A stretch of 50,203 nt of DNA, filler included, from Bipalium vagum (Eukaryota), in assembly GCA_037834085.1 (NCBI GenBank). It is 3 parts of 3 records of this genome, joined end to end, with 100 filler letters (N's around TTAATTAATTAA, not from the genome) between each part and the next. Parts side by side here need not be neighbours in the genome. Positions count along the whole stretch, not along the records: positions 1 to 15,705 come from JBBMKC010150594.1; 2 more parts are not named here. One strand, 5' to 3'. Both the position numbers and the translations under genes were made by a program. Shown one piece after another: positions 1 to 14,849 of the stretch (its first letter is position 1; every line of letters starts with the position of its first letter). The notes beneath the pieces are model-generated. The model was given only the letters and a program-made list of their open reading frames with translations, was not told where the DNA came from and did no database searches.

Positions 1-1120
1 CTCTTAGTTAATTGTGATCGTTTTGTTAATTGTTTTTATTGTGTTATTGTGCTCCTTACGTTCATCCGTAAATCCTTTTGAGAGTCGTAATCATGTTAAA
101 GTATCTAAATTCTTGTTAAATATATATCAAAACCTTAAAAAAATAGATAAAATCAATATTGACAAATATCAGTTTCAATATTTTAAATAAATTTAAGGAA
201 TTTACGAAGAAAAAAGAAGAACAGCCAACATTGAAAATCGAAAAGATTGGTCAGATAGATAATATTTGGACGGTTAGACAGGTATCAGTAAAAAGAGAAA
301 ACTCGTCAACCAAACCATCAGTTTTTGTGGAACTCATTGAAATATGAGACTCGCCAGGAGAAGTAGAAGCTGAAATCAAAGAATGGACACTTCTACGGTG
401 GAGAGCGAGGTGGAGAAAAATTGTTGCTGTTAACATTTTGTTACTGTTTGTATTGTTATTTTAGCAATAAGGTTTTGTTCATACTTGGTTGATTTATTCA
501 TTTGGGTACACGTATTGGCAAAAGTGAAGGGGTCAGTAACTTTGCGAGCTAAGGTTACGACAGTGTTTATAGTGAGATAATATCGTAACATATTTTATTA
601 TGAAGGATTGGACTGCATTTTTTTTCTATTTTGATTCGGATTAATATTTTAATAAGCTCAGTCTTATTGACCAGTTTTAAGTAATTTAATGAAACTTAAA
701 GTAAATGGTATTTGAATTTGTTATCATAAATAATTTTGATTTTCCGTAATAATTTTTATTAAATGACAGTTGAATAATCTGATATTAATGGAATTTTATT
801 TATTTATATTTTTAGAAAATTTCCTATCATACGTTACTTTTTCTTTCAATTTCTTCTCTAAAATATTGATTAAATAAATATCAATTTTAATTAAAAATTG
901 TGGATTATATAAATCTGTAATAGTCATATATTTCACACTTGTTTTGCTACAGTAATATAATTAAACGACCTTGGTTATTGATTACACACAGTATTAAACT
1001 ATTAAATCTTAATAATTAAGACAACCAATAAAAAATTACGATTTGTTCTTTGTGGTGTATATGAGATATATTAATTGGCAATTGCGTATTTCAGGTTGTT
1101 GAAAAATTTATCATTTATGT

Positions 1121-4100
1121 ATGGAATTGAATATTAATGACCCGAGCCGAACATGTTTAGAATTTGATAAAAAAGAAAACGTCGATACATTTGACAATGG
1201 TAAAATAGTAAAAATTAATTATTTTTAAATACAAAATTTTAATTTAGATTTGTCACTGCCATTCAAGAAGAGAAAAATCGAAAGTAATATGAAGCCCAAA
1301 ATCACAAGTCTATCAAAAGAAAGGGAAATGAGAACAGCAATTCAATTAATGAATTTAAGTGATTGGTACAATATGCCAGCTCTGATTAGAACGGAAAAAA
1401 ATTCCGTTGGTAAGACAATGATGTATTGATAGAAACTTTTTAATGTTTTCACTATTTAATCAATTCTATAATTTTTGAAAAAATACAATAATTTCGATTT
1501 TCGATGATTAATCAAATGAAATAGATATTTACTCAAACTTAATTACGTTATGTTACATTGTAAATTTTCTGATCCACCAACCAATGAGAATCGTTTAAGT
1601 ACTATTTGACCTTGACACATTTTCGTGATCTGAATTCTGTTTTCGATGGTTATTATGGAACTGACGACTCCATTTTGATGTCAAATAGTGAATTTGTCCT
1701 TGGTCAGCAAATAAAATCGCTAAAATACTAAAAAAAATAATGGATCTTTTATCTATTTTTTTTCGAAATGATTTTTCTTTAAAAATTCTTACATACCTTC
1801 CCTTTATTTATTTGATCTGAATGTAAAATTATTTTAATTTTCTTAAAAATTTTTAACAAAATCGATTTTTGTTTTATTTTTCCGATTTGATCATTTCTGT
1901 GGTGGATTTATTAAATAGTTGACGTTTTTGAATATTATAGACAAATTTTGTTTTTGAATTGTTCTATAATTTTTATGTGATTACAAAATGTTTCCCAAAA
2001 ATGTAAAGATTTCCCCGAAACGATATTTAAAATTAATTTTTAAATGTTACTAAAATATTCTAAATATGTTAAAAGAAAAATTTTAAATTGAATTGTGTAT
2101 ACACAGTTTTTAAATAAAATCAAAAAGAATTATAACCTCGATAAAATTTCAAAATTGACATTTGAGAAATGGGGAATAATCAATTTGTTCTAAAATAGCC
2201 AAGAATGTATTTTATTTCGAAATACAAATTTTTGTCCATTGTTTATTGAAGATTCAAATGATGTGGTGAATTGTGAAAATTAAGAAATCAATAAAATTTT
2301 CGATTTTTAAATATTATTTTCATAAATATTTGATCTTTAGAGATTTTGGATAATCAATTTTGGATCACTAATTTGAACGTAGTGGTTTTAATTTTTATTT
2401 CAATCAGTTTTAGGCACTTAAAAGAATCGATGTTGAATAATGTCTAAAATAGTTTTATTTTATTTATGTTGTGAGATGAAAAAATGAAACAAAAAATTAG
2501 AACTTAAAGTCGCGATTTTTTTATTTGATATGTAGTTAATACTATTTAATCTCGACACCTTTTATCACTTTTTACTTTCTTATGTCGATAAATTAGGAAG
2601 AATCCGAAATATTTTTGTTTAAATAGATTTAAATGTTTTGCACAATTTAAATCTCTTTAGTGCTGACTGAAAGATGAATAATAACAGAATCATCGACAAT
2701 GACTGTAAAGGTGTTTCTAAGACTAAATTTCAAAGTTTAAAATTATGTAAATTTAAAATTAAGGTAACACACTTTTAAAAATATATTAAAAGAATTAAAT
2801 TACAGGTTTAAAAAAAATTAATATTTTCTTTAAAAACTGTGAATAATCAATTTTTTAGAGATATTGAAAATATCGAAATGCTTTTGTATTAATCAATTTC
2901 ATTACTTGGTTTTTTATTCAATTGAATTTTTATAACAGTTAAATAATTAAAATATGTTAGTATTGAAACTGTAAACCTTTAACATTACCGTCTTTTTATG
3001 AGCGAAATAAGATTCTAAATAGTTAATTTGAAACATAATTGGCACCATAAAGTTGGCACTTGCACAAATCAGACAGGTTTTTCTAGGTCCAAGTTAAACA
3101 GAATTCATACTAATCACTTATCTAATCTATCGATATATTGATATCGTTTGCGTTTAGTTAAATATTTTCATTCAGTGTCATACAATCGTGCTACAATTCT
3201 GCAATCTAACAACAATGATGCTACGATTTCTGTTCAACTAAGCTCTCAGTCCACCAGTAACGATGGGTCAGAAATTCTCGATTTAAACTTGATTGATACT
3301 GACCAAAACTACCCTTTACTTATAGCAGATACTCCACCGTCTCTAGCTCAATTGACAGAGTAACAAATGATCATGACATGATAAAAGAGTTAATAACATA
3401 TATTTCAGAAACACCCGTGTCTGCTTTCATACTTCCGATGGAATATTTCGATGCGGTACCATTACGAATTGCAGTAATAAAGATTTTTCAACTAGTAATG
3501 CTTTGCGTAACAGCTCTCGACCCTACACGGTAATTCCTGAAGAAGTGGTGTCCAATTCCCCATCATCGGAATATCATAATTGTTCCCGAGCACAATTGAG
3601 AATTCTTAAGCTTCCTTGGCAAGAAGAACTTGATGAGGTCATTATAAAATATTTATATTTATTTATTTATTTTCCTTTGTTTATATTATGATGGAAATCA
3701 CCACAATGTCTCTATAAATAGTCAAGTTCGACTTTAATGATTAATTTATTTTTAAAACAATGAATAATTATAACATAACCATTTAAGTACTGTGAGGGGG
3801 CGTATATTTGTTCGACATAAATTTCAATAAGATAGACTAATTGCGCAAAATTAATTATTGAGAGAGAAAACGTTAATACTTCAGTAACCCTTCCACTTTA
3901 ATCATATTCCATCGAATAGGGTAGCATCGATTTTCTCCTTTATATATGAAAGTAATATTTTCCAAACATGATTCAAAAAATATCATATGTTCATTATTAA
4001 TGCATTTTTATTTTTTCATCAAAATTGTCGAATATATTTAATAAACCAATAAATCAATTAATAACATTTTTATTGATTTCATTAAAAATATTAAATCAAT

Positions 4101-7100
4101 TTCTATAATTTTTTGAATTGCATTTTTAATTTATTTTTAAGATTTCTGATATTGTTCTCGCGGTTTTTGAAGTTGAGATTATTTTTTATTTCAGTTTTTA
4201 CTCGAATTTTGAAAAAGACTGCGAAATATAATGTGCTAATTAAATATAAATATTGCTTAGGATGTAACGATTGTTTACCAAGTAGGTATCAAATTTTAAA
4301 GCTTAATACTGTTAATTAACCTCAACTCTTTAAATTTTTCAAACAATGAAATACATTTATATAAAATTATTTTTCAACGGAGCATCCATTAGCGCTAATT
4401 AAATGTTGTAATTAAAGATAAAATGAAGTCATGGTATTTTACACATTTGTGGTGATATTAACTTATTAAACAATTAAAATTTCACAAATCCTATTTTTAT
4501 TTTAAATATAATTGGCTGCCAAAAATTTTTTTTAAATCTGATATTTTTGACACCATTTGTTTTTTCAAAACTATGTAACTCTTCTCATAGAATATCAGGA
4601 ACTAAAAAGAGGGTCCACATTGAAATTTTGGTTTGATATGAATCTCTAAGAATATACCAATCTCATATTAACCAACGAATGATTACCTCGAAGTATCAAT
4701 CAATGATAAATATCACGAACTGTTTCTCATATCGACAGGGATTTTCTAAAAATTTCTGTACATATTTTAGGAGCATTTTTTTAGTGGAACGGAAATTATA
4801 TTTGAAATAATAAATGTTTCAAAGGTTTATTTTGAATCTTAACCAATGAGACTTGGAAATTGTTTCCCATTGATTGTGCTTAAATTTTACGGTTACCTCA
4901 GAACATTGAGAAATATTTTAAAAATAGATTTGATCAATTATTCACTGAAAAAAGTTCACCCTAATTGTATTAAAGGAACAATCAAAGTGGCCACATATTC
5001 TGTTGGGTCAAACTTTTATTTATTGACGGTTTTTGCCTTTGGTACAAATGGTTCTATTTATGACGTGAAGTATTTGTTTTTTGTTATGAAAATCAAAAGA
5101 AATGAACAATCTCATTGTCAATAATCAGTGAAAAGAGAAAAGTCAAAGGAAAAAAACATTGTTCTGGGTGAATATTTTCTGTGGATTTAAGTGAAGGAAA
5201 ACTTTGATTGAACAAAGGATTTCAACAATCTGACTGTGTAACGTAGTGACAAGTTTGTGCTTTAAATAGCTTTCGAAATTCTCAAAACACTGATTTATTT
5301 CTGGGGTTCGTAGTGTTTTGTTTTCACAATTTTGTTAAGTACCCCTGAAAAAGAAGGTACTTTTTATTTAGTTATTACAAATATTCTCGAATTCGTAACA
5401 TTATTTGGATATTCATTGTTCTCGCATAGCAAACATGTAAAAGGGAACATTTCTATTTGAATTGAACATAAAAGGAATTCTAAATCCTTGAGAAATATCA
5501 CATTTAGAAATTTGTATCTTCCTTTTATAGTTTCCTTTTTCTCCTTTAGTTTGTTACGTCAACATCCTATAACTTTATTCAAAAGATTTTTTCTGATTTC
5601 TGTCAACGGAGTTCTTCTTCACCATTTTTTGGTTAAATCTTTGAAATATGTCTATGAAATCGGTCTTCATGTCGACTCAATATGCTCACTAATGCTCGAA
5701 CTAATTTCATCCACCCATTTCAAATTTTATATCAATATCAAAAGACTGAGAAACACCATTTTCTGGAAAAGTTTGTTCAGTTAAGAAAAAAATTGTTAAA
5801 TACTTTTCGTTCCTAAATATTTTTTCACTCCACTCTGCTGTTCTATATTAATAAATTCCTTTAATTTTCTTCATGTGTTTGGTTTTTTTTAATAATTTAT
5901 TTATAATCGATTATTAATTTTTGGTTCACAGTGTATTTCATGTTTGTTGGGTATGCTTTTTTCTACTTTTTTCTAAGAATTTCTTCTCAACAGGTGCGTG
6001 AGTCACAGAATTGCTTCTTTTTCAGAATTTCGATGACAGTTTCCATTCCAGCGCTTTCGGCATCGTCTTCTGTGGACAAATTTAGCTTCTTTATCACAGA
6101 GATTTATTATCGAATCACTGCCATAATTTCAATTAGAAATTGATTGTTATTATGGAAATATTCTTTTTTACTTTTCCCCTAAAACTCGTTAAGCATCGAA
6201 CTTTACAAAATCCTCAGATAAGAAATCAGATTATAATGTCTACATTGATTGCAGCTTGTAAAGTGCAAGGCCACTTCCATTGTTTGATCATTCCAGTCTG
6301 TGGTGATCTGAGATCATTGTTGTTGGCAATAAAATTTTTTGCAAAAATACTGTTCTTACTAATTGACAGACATGGTCATTATTGTTTTGTAGAGAAGCGT
6401 ACTACCAAAGAATAGAAGGACTAATGGTCAGACTTTATAACAGTTATATTGAAATTTCTACAATTATAACAAATTGTTCTAGCACCACAAAATCATAATG
6501 TTGAATCAATAATGATATTAAAAGTTTTTTATCCAATACTTGTTTTTGATTGGTATTTCTGGTATGTATGATTGGTTACTCCGATGAAAGCAATGATAAC
6601 CGTTTAGTGGTTTTTTTTGGATATGCAGAAACTATTGTGGAATAACATTGACTGGATCAAAAACACCCAGCATTAATCAATTGTAATTGTAGTTTACTTT
6701 TTATCGACCTTATGTTGCAAAATTAACTGTACAAACATTTATAAGAACTGTACTTAACCCGAAATACCTTCAGTAGATTATCATATATTCTTAGCACTTG
6801 GAAATATTCTAAGAAATAAGTAGCTCAAAAATCCATCTGATATCCAACATGTATTTGTTTCCTTTACCAAACAATGTCATCAGGACCGTTTTAAAAATGA
6901 TAATAATAACTCCTTAGACCGTTGGAAAGGTTTCGTTGACATTAATGGTGATTTTTTACTTAATGAAAAGATTTTCATGGTTACTTATCGATTTTTGCAT
7001 TGTGATATAAAATTTTTTCCGCTAAATTTAATGTATGGAACCACGTCCTCTTCAAAATATTCCTAATATCTTCTTTTCCTCATGTTGAAATCAGCATTAA

Positions 7101-10100
7101 TAACAACGACATTTTGCTAGAAATTCTGTAACAACTCGGGAAAATTAATGTCATTCGATTATCAAAAATCTTAAAATTACAAGTTCTAAAAGAAATTATT
7201 TTCTAACAATTATTTTTTCTACGTTGACCGAAAACGGTAACGCGAAAGCCACAGGAAAAGTTCAATGTAACGAAAATGTTCTCTTCATCAGCAAAGTTAA
7301 GCTTTCCAGTACAATTTCTAAGCAGACAAATAATCTGATCTAATTATCTTGGAGGCAGTTAAAAGCTTCGGCGATTATGAAGGCATCATATTACATCACC
7401 AGCAACAGAAAAGCAGCACCGGAATTGTTAGTTCTACGACGAAAGTCATTTATTGGAGATCCTTTTGTCGTTTCAGTCAGAATAGTGATTTGTTTTCATC
7501 AACATAACACATTAATAAAAATTGATTAAATTTTCACAAAGATATGTCCGCTTGTCTGGTAATATAATGTCCATTTGTTATCGTCTTTCTGACCAGATAA
7601 TATCGTGAAAGCAGCCAGCACTCTGGTATCTCTGAAAATGATATGTCTCATTAATTTGATATCATTAAAGAATATAATTAAATATTCTAAAAAGATTATT
7701 TTTTCGTGACTTTAATCATCGACATTTCCGATTTAATTAATTTTTATTGGAGATTCTGATAATAAATATAATATGGTCAGTTGTACTTTTTTAAAGTCTA
7801 AATAAAGTATGAAAAATCAATTTTCCCTAATTTTTTTGAGAAAGGAATGACATTGACGAAAACGTTTGCTGATTAATGAAATGAGTCCTTGGAGAAATTG
7901 ATTTTACTGAATATTATGTCTTTCCAGAAAATCGATTGCCTTAAGTAAATAAATGTTTTTCAAAGGTATTACGAAATACCGACAGGAATGGGTCGGTATT
8001 TAGGTCTCATTTACTGTTGCACCTTCCTTGATGCTCATTCTATTTCTAATGAGAAAAAAGGTGATACAGATCTTATTTAATCATTGAAGAATTTAATGTT
8101 ATTATTTGTTATTTTATTATGGTCTTGTCATGTTTGGAAATAGACCATGAAAATTGCAATTTTTCAAAACATGTTAAGGTCCTGAGAAGCTAAATTATTA
8201 AAAATAAAAGAGGAAAAGATTTGTGGAACAATTTAATGGATATAAATGACTGAATACTCTTTGTAAAACATTTGATTGTGGACCACTTTTGTTTCTCATT
8301 GGTGTCCATATGATTCAAAAAGATTACATTTTCCCTAATGAATTGATTGGTTATCTAAAAACAAATGCCCTATATGTTCGATTTTATAGTGTTTTCCGGT
8401 TTTTGGTAATGGAAAATCTTACCTTAAGAGTAAGGTCCCCTAGGCAAGATATCTTTATGCTGCAAAAACCAAAGATTACATTTAATTCGTTGATCATAGT
8501 CATCTGGTTTCATATCATGAAATATTTTAAAAGGTTTTTACTTCTCTTCTATTAAAATTCGTTGAACCGAAGCGTATATAATGTTAATTTCCTTGATAAT
8601 CATCAAATAGACGTATTACCATCCATTTAAGCAAATGAATATTTAATGGCACTTGATAATTGTATATTGATAAAACTTCAGTTTTCCTATAACTTCTTCA
8701 CAAGTTTGGATAATACAGTAATAAATTCGAATTAAATCAATTTTCAAATCGATATTCATTCCTAAATTTCAAATATTCATCATCATTGATTCATTTAAAC
8801 AAAACCATCTTTTATGTCGTTTCTAAAAATATTTTTTCATCCAAAATTGACAGACAGGTTTATTTCCTGGGCTCTGATACAAACTGTGTTTTATTTTATT
8901 GTCTAATCAAAAATGGCTTTATTAGATAAAAATGTCTGTTATTAATGTTTGATAATGAACTTTATTTATTTATTTTCCAGTTACTGGCTGGTTTGAAAAC
9001 TGATAAAGAGACCACTACGTCGGATAATGGAGCTGGAGAAAGTAGCGAAAAACACCAAGGTTTGTCCTTATTTCATCAACTTGTTAATCAGGTCGAAACT
9101 GTCTGAATTTTATGTATATTCTATGAAAATGACATCACAGAAACTGTTATCATTAATTTTTCAATTGAATTTTACACTCAATACTTTTCTATTTGGAGGT
9201 ATTTTTATCTTTATTATCAATTTGTTTTCCAAGCCGGAAGACATTTCTCAAAGTCGAAGAAATAATTTTCAGGAACACAAAAAATTATTTTACGAAAGCT
9301 CCTCAAATAATCGCATTAGGTTGCTTACAATGTGACCTGTTTTCATTTACTGGAAACATTGGCATTTTAGATGAACCCTCTTTTCTAAATTTGTATAGGT
9401 CAGAAAGGAAATTGATATTAATCTTGTGCAGACATCAAAATATAATATCTTCTATTTATCTGTTAAATATGGTCTGAACTAATTATCCCGATCTTTTAGT
9501 GCCTGCTTTATGTTCTCTTGTAAGTTCGAGTATATTGCTACACTTTGAAAACGGATTGAAAGCTTCTGCAAACCGAATGTCGGATAATTGAGATTGGGAA
9601 TGCCTTTGAACTCTGTTTCACTTGCTCATTAACGCTTATTATTTCAAATATTAATGGTGGTGGTAGAGTGAAAGAAATGGAAAAATATATTTTATTCTCC
9701 TTTTAGTGATCTTGCTCATCTGCAATATTTTATTAATACTCCTTTTCGCAGGAAAATGATCTTATTAATTATATCAATCTTAAAATCCACGTTGGTTCGC
9801 TGTATAAGAATCATACTACTTAAAGATTTTTAAAGTAATCTTAGCACTTTTCGTTGAAGGCTTTGTTTATGCTTGTCATTGAAAATTTGTTATTATTTTT
9901 AAACTAAAATTTCATTCATCTGTGACAAAGATTATTACGGAACCCCATCTTATGATCATTAGACTAATTAGCATTGGATCTGTTTTGATCGCCAGATCAA
10001 GTTCCACCAATGAGCATTGTCAAAAATTATTAAATTAAATTATATATTCAATTTTACTTGTTGTGTACTTTGTTTAAGTTAATATTGTTACGTAGTGAAT

Positions 10101-10541
10101 AGATGACCGAGATCCAGACGTTGCTCAGTACATTTTTACCTTTTATGATCAAACTGAAATTTCTACTGGTACATTAAAATGTACTGCAAATTTTAATGAC
10201 TCCTGTGCATACTTAACAAAGAGTGAAGTTCTTCGAAGACACTTTCCATAACTCTGTTTAACCGAGAATATTAATCTGTGAAATATTATTCCTCTTGACA
10301 GTTATCATCGTCCTTTCTGCTGTTCAATGCCACCTTGATTTGTGTTTGAGAAATGCAAAGCAAGTTGCCTGTTGTTTTAACAGGTGCCTTGAAATTAGTT
10401 TTTTATTTTTGGAACCAATAGAAATAATTTTTTTCTCGTACTTAATCTTGAAATCAAGTCAGTAAAAATATTTTCAAGTTTCACTTTCAGTTAAACAATA
10501 TTTTGCCTACTTTTTATAATAAAAATATTTATTAATTATTA

Positions 10542-10573
<32 letters not shown>

Positions 10574-12118
10574 TAAAAATAGAAACTGTTGATTAATGAC
10601 ATTGTATCATTATTTTTCACCTAGATATGTTGATTGTTATTTTCAAAGTGGTTTACTATTTTGTAATTCCACCATATTCAAAACATGGTCTTGCCGAAGA
10701 ATCTTTACCTTTTGCATTCGTTTAACCATCTGTCTAAAATCAAACCATTAATTTCTCTTATTAGGGTTATCGAAATAAACCAATTGGATTTTGGAGCAGT
10801 TTAATCTTAATTTGGCGCTTAGTTTATACATCTGTGAAGTCGGGAGTAATTCATGACTGCGTTTATTGACCTTCTCGAGCTTTTTGATATGACAAGAAAT
10901 TGTTACCTTTGAAATTCTAAGTTTTGTCGACAATCAGCGAGTGATATTTGCAGTATTGTTTTGATTTTTTTACGCAGAACGATAGGGTCGTATTGACCCC
11001 TAAGACTTTTAAGACTTGATTTCATTTAAAAGATTTTAAATTTGATTAAAGTTGATTTTTAAGACGTATGATTATCATTGAATTTTTAAAATCAAATTTG
11101 TGCGATACGTAATGAGATGATACCTTTACCTTCAACATCAAAAATCGACCTAGCCATTTTATTTGAGGTAAAGAAAAAAGGGGGGTAAAATTGCTGGTAT
11201 ATAAAATTTTATATCCATTTTCCTAACTTACATAAAAAAATTAAAATTTAGTCATGTTAAATAATTATTCCTACAAAAATATTGTCTTTACTATATAATT
11301 TATTAGAAATTGTTAATTGATTAATATATATCAATAATACTGAGTTAATATTAATGAACTTAATGCCATATATAAATGGAATCTAGATAAAAAGATGCAA
11401 CATATAAAAGACTTAATTATAAATATTTTGTAATTAAACAATTATCTGTTTGGCTGTTACATTTCTTGCCTCCTGTCAAGGCAATGTTTATTTAAATCGG
11501 AGACTTCATTAAATCTAGTGAGGCTGGAGTATCTTTTTATGTAATTTTTCTTCAAACTTAAAGCTTCAGAGAAATTAAATGATAAAGTCGAAAATTAATG
11601 GCTGTGATCAATATTTAGAACTTTTTTATTTATTAATAATTCATATTTAAATCGGTTTTTATCTTTGTTAAATAGAACACAAGGTCAGTAAAGACGTGTC
11701 AGTAAAGACTTCCAAAAATGGTTCAGACAAGAATATTGATATCAAGATCGAGAGATCCGTGAAAACATTGGACGACTCCGAAATGTATATCGATTCAAAT
11801 AACATGAGAAACTTTTTATCAATATCCAAACTAAATGATATAAACTCGTCTAGCGCCTCAAGAAATTGTATTTTCAATGCAAGCAATCTAATAACATCTT
11901 CCTGTACCCATGAACCGTCAATTGGATTATTGAATAAAGAATGTGATCCTTTAAAAATACTTGCAAACACAGGCAGACCTCTTATCCTTGGCACAGTCAA
12001 CAATTCTTTAACGCACAAGAAATCGTTGCAGATTAATGAGAAACCGGAACGCACAAATTCTGATAATTCACTGAGGTCTTTCAGCTGTACCATGCCTTCA
12101 CAGAAGTGTTACAGAAAG
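1121..12118 (+). CDS. Multi-exon gene for an unrecognised, likely nuclear, low-complexity protein (3' end not resolved; at least 392 codons)
   Basis: Exons 1121-1199, 1248-1409, 3176-3359, 3409-3637, 8981-9059 and 11676-12118 are all GT-AG bounded and phase-consistent (1,1,2,0,1; last donor phase 0). They total 1176 nt with no stops. Short introns are 48 and 49 nt. An in-frame TGA lies upstream of ATG 1121. Protein MELNINDPSRTC...DLSLPFKKRKIE...TAIQLMNLS...WQEELDE|LLAGLK...QKCYRK. Confidence 0.8.
5900..7300 (-). mobile_element. Highly degenerate piggyBac-like transposase remnant
   Basis: Minus-strand fragments STIVSAYPKKTTKRLSLLSS (cf. piggyBac TLVSYxPKKNKxVxLLST) and KQWKWP..QAAINVDIII (cf. 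RW...xAxINAxI). Many stops; boundaries approximate. Confidence 0.45.
9200..10450 (-). mobile_element. Degenerate hAT-like transposase remnant
   Basis: Minus-strand fragments KTTGNL (BED-finger-like), IFVTDE, a TRW-like segment and a C-terminal FCVP..FE segment resembling the hAT dimerisation motif. Heavily decayed. Confidence 0.35.
10545..10573. repeat. (TTA)n microsatellite
   Basis: Direct reading of the sequence. Confidence 0.9.
10645..10965 (-). mobile_element. mariner transposase fragment
   Basis: ITR*LSTKLRISKVTISCHIKKLEKVNKRSHEL (HTH/WVPHEL region), LVYFDNPNKRN*W and IWWNYK motifs. Confidence 0.7.
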
Positions 12119-12237
12119 GTATATTAGTTTCCAAATATATATAAATTACTGATTTACTGAAATAATATACATTTTAATCAGTAGAAAATATTTTATTTTG
12201 ACTGTTAAAATAAAATGTGTATTATGAGTGAAAATTA

Positions 12238-12460
12238 TTGAGTTGTTCGGAAAGGGACTTCGCATTTGTTAGTGAAATTTAAGACCAAAATTTTTATTAG
12301 TAATAAATATTTTAATCAATGATTTATTGTCATTTATGCTCCAAGACCGTCTGCCATCTACTATGCAATTTGAATATCCAAACCTTTAAAATGACAGGTG
12401 CTTTGAATTAAGATTTAAAGATTGATATAAAAAAGCGAAGTGACTTTCCGAATAGCCTAA
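12238..12460. mobile_element. mariner-derived MITE with TIRs and TA target duplication
   Basis: Left TA|TTGAGTTGTTCGGAAAGGGACTTCGC matches the reverse complement of right GCGAAGTGACTTTCCGAATAGCCTAA|TA. An internal minus-strand KLHSRWQTV resembles the mariner C-terminus. Confidence 0.75.
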
Positions 12461-14849
12461 TATATAAGGAATATTTTTATCTGATTTTTTTTGAAAAAGT
12501 ACAATTAATGATAGTAACGATTTCTAAAAATAAATTTTAAATTTTAAATGTAATTTAAAATTAATGTATTGATTAACGATTCTAAATGAAAAATGTTAAG
12601 GCAGCAACAGTTCAAAGTATATTAAAATATTTTTTAAAAATATCTAATTAAAGAATAAAGTTTTAAAATAAAATTAAAGAGCACATTAATCAATAAATTT
12701 TTTAAATTCAGTATTCAATATTTTTCACAAAAAACAAGTTTGATTAATATCAGAAGATCAGGAGCGAATTCGAAAAGAAGTAAAAAGACTTAGTAAAATA
12801 AAATTTACTCAAATTTCAGTGTTATGTCTGATGATACTGCAATCTTTAAATGGCGACTGACGCACCAATGAATCCGATGCGTGAAACCTTACACTATAGA
12901 ATTTTCAGGAGTGACATAGGAAAGTTAATCACTAAATTCTTTGAATGCATTTGGTAGAGAAAGAAAAAGATTTACTGGAGGTAGGTCTAATAAATCGAGT
13001 ATAAAGGAAAACCTATGAATTATGAAAGACAAATTACTCAATTATGGAACTCATCTAGGAAAGACATGTCTCAGTATTAAAGCAAAACTTTTGGGAAGCC
13101 TTGAAGTTCAAAAGAAGAGGTGAATATGCCTATTTGTACAAGAAGATTAAAGAAAGAGTGGAAAAGCAGCTGGAAGATAACCGTGACATTTCACAATTAA
13201 CGAACGAATTTATTGTTAACCGAGATTTAGGAATCATAATGAAAATTTCAGCAACAAATGGAATAACGCGATAATTTTGCCAATTGATAGGTCATGTTAA
13301 CTGAAGATGGCAAGAAAAAGTTTGGAACATTCCGACTTTGATGATTATAAATGAAAGTAAATTAAAATTTATTATTGTAAAACGTCCAATTAAAATTGTT
13401 TGTTTATCTGTCGTAATTAAATGATGAAAATCAAACAAAATCAAAAATATTCGATATTTTTGACTGATTACTTCACACTGCCGAAGTAGTCTCTACTTAC
13501 AATACTTTGAAAGTAGTATGTCTTCATTAAAAAATTAAATTGACAAAATAAAACGATGAAAATACGGAAACGTCGAGCAAGGGGAGGTCTCAACATAAAA
13601 TTGGTCAAAGATTTTCTTGATATTTTCAGTTCTTACCATTTTTTTCCATCTGCCCAAAAGTACATAATTAAATTGAAAGTTTCACGTTATTATATATGGA
13701 TTATTGTTTACTAATCCATATGTGCTTTTTGGTGCGACAATGTCATTGTTTACAATTATTTCTCTTGAATATATATTTATACTGTAATGATGATCTGTTA
13801 ACCTTACTTAACCTTCGCTTGAGGGGCTCGTTTCGCATTCATTTTGACGTAAAATGTCATTTTCGAACCATTTCATCTGAAATGGATTATTCTTCATGAA
13901 ACTTAAAATGAAACCCCGAAAGACGGTGTTAAAATGGATTTGCAATAAAATTTCACTGAGACCTTTTTTTACCCCAAATCTTTTTTATTCAGGGAGATGT
14001 TGTCAAAACACCGAACGGAGTTCGTAAAAAATTTAATGGAAAGCAGTGGCGCCGATTGTGTAGCAAAGAAAATTGTACAAAAGAATCTCAACGAAGAGGG
14101 TTTTGCTCCAGACATTTATCCATGAGAGTTGGTTTTTGATAAATTTGTTGATTTATTTATATTTTGCCAGGGGAAAGAGATTAGGTCCACACTAAATACT
14201 CTAGGAATTCCTTCCGGCCATCCGTCAATGTATATGAATCGGGAACCCAGTGTGATCGGTGATACTAACAAATTAAACAGATCGCGTAATTTTTCCATTT
14301 ACGACACCACCGTCTCCAAAAACGGTACATATATTTTTTTACAATTATTATACCAATAGTAACATTAGCTTTTTATCAATTTTACTCTTTCTGTGTCACC
14401 CTAATAATAAATGGCTTTTGAATGGTGTCAGTCCTACCTCTTAGAACATTTTTCATTATTGATGGGCTGGGCACTCTTTCATTGGTGAATTTTTTCAAAT
14501 ATTTTCCTTTTACTCTAAGAGTTGGGAATTTAAATTGATTTTCTTCGTGAAATATCCAATAATTTTTCAATAAAAACACACCAACAAAAAATTACAACTG
14601 AACAAATAAAACTATCAAACGTATTTGAATTAAACCAATGGGAAACATGTAGAGATGTCAAAGCGAGTCATGGCACGTCGTATTAAGACAAAATCTCGGA
14701 TTGTTCTTATTAATTTGATTTATTTCCCCTTCAAATTGTCATTTCATGCTGGTTGAAGTTGATTTGTTAATTCAACCAATGTTTTCAGAGCACCAAGAGA
14801 AAACCGTAACTGACCTTTCCATGTTATATCCCACACATGTTCGATAAGA

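Noticed and set aside
7800-8830. Possible Harbinger-like remnant (minus)
   Set aside because: Only vague motif resemblance; too decayed to support.
11668-12093. 141-aa minus-strand ORF
   Set aside because: Antisense shadow of the + strand exon 11676-12118.
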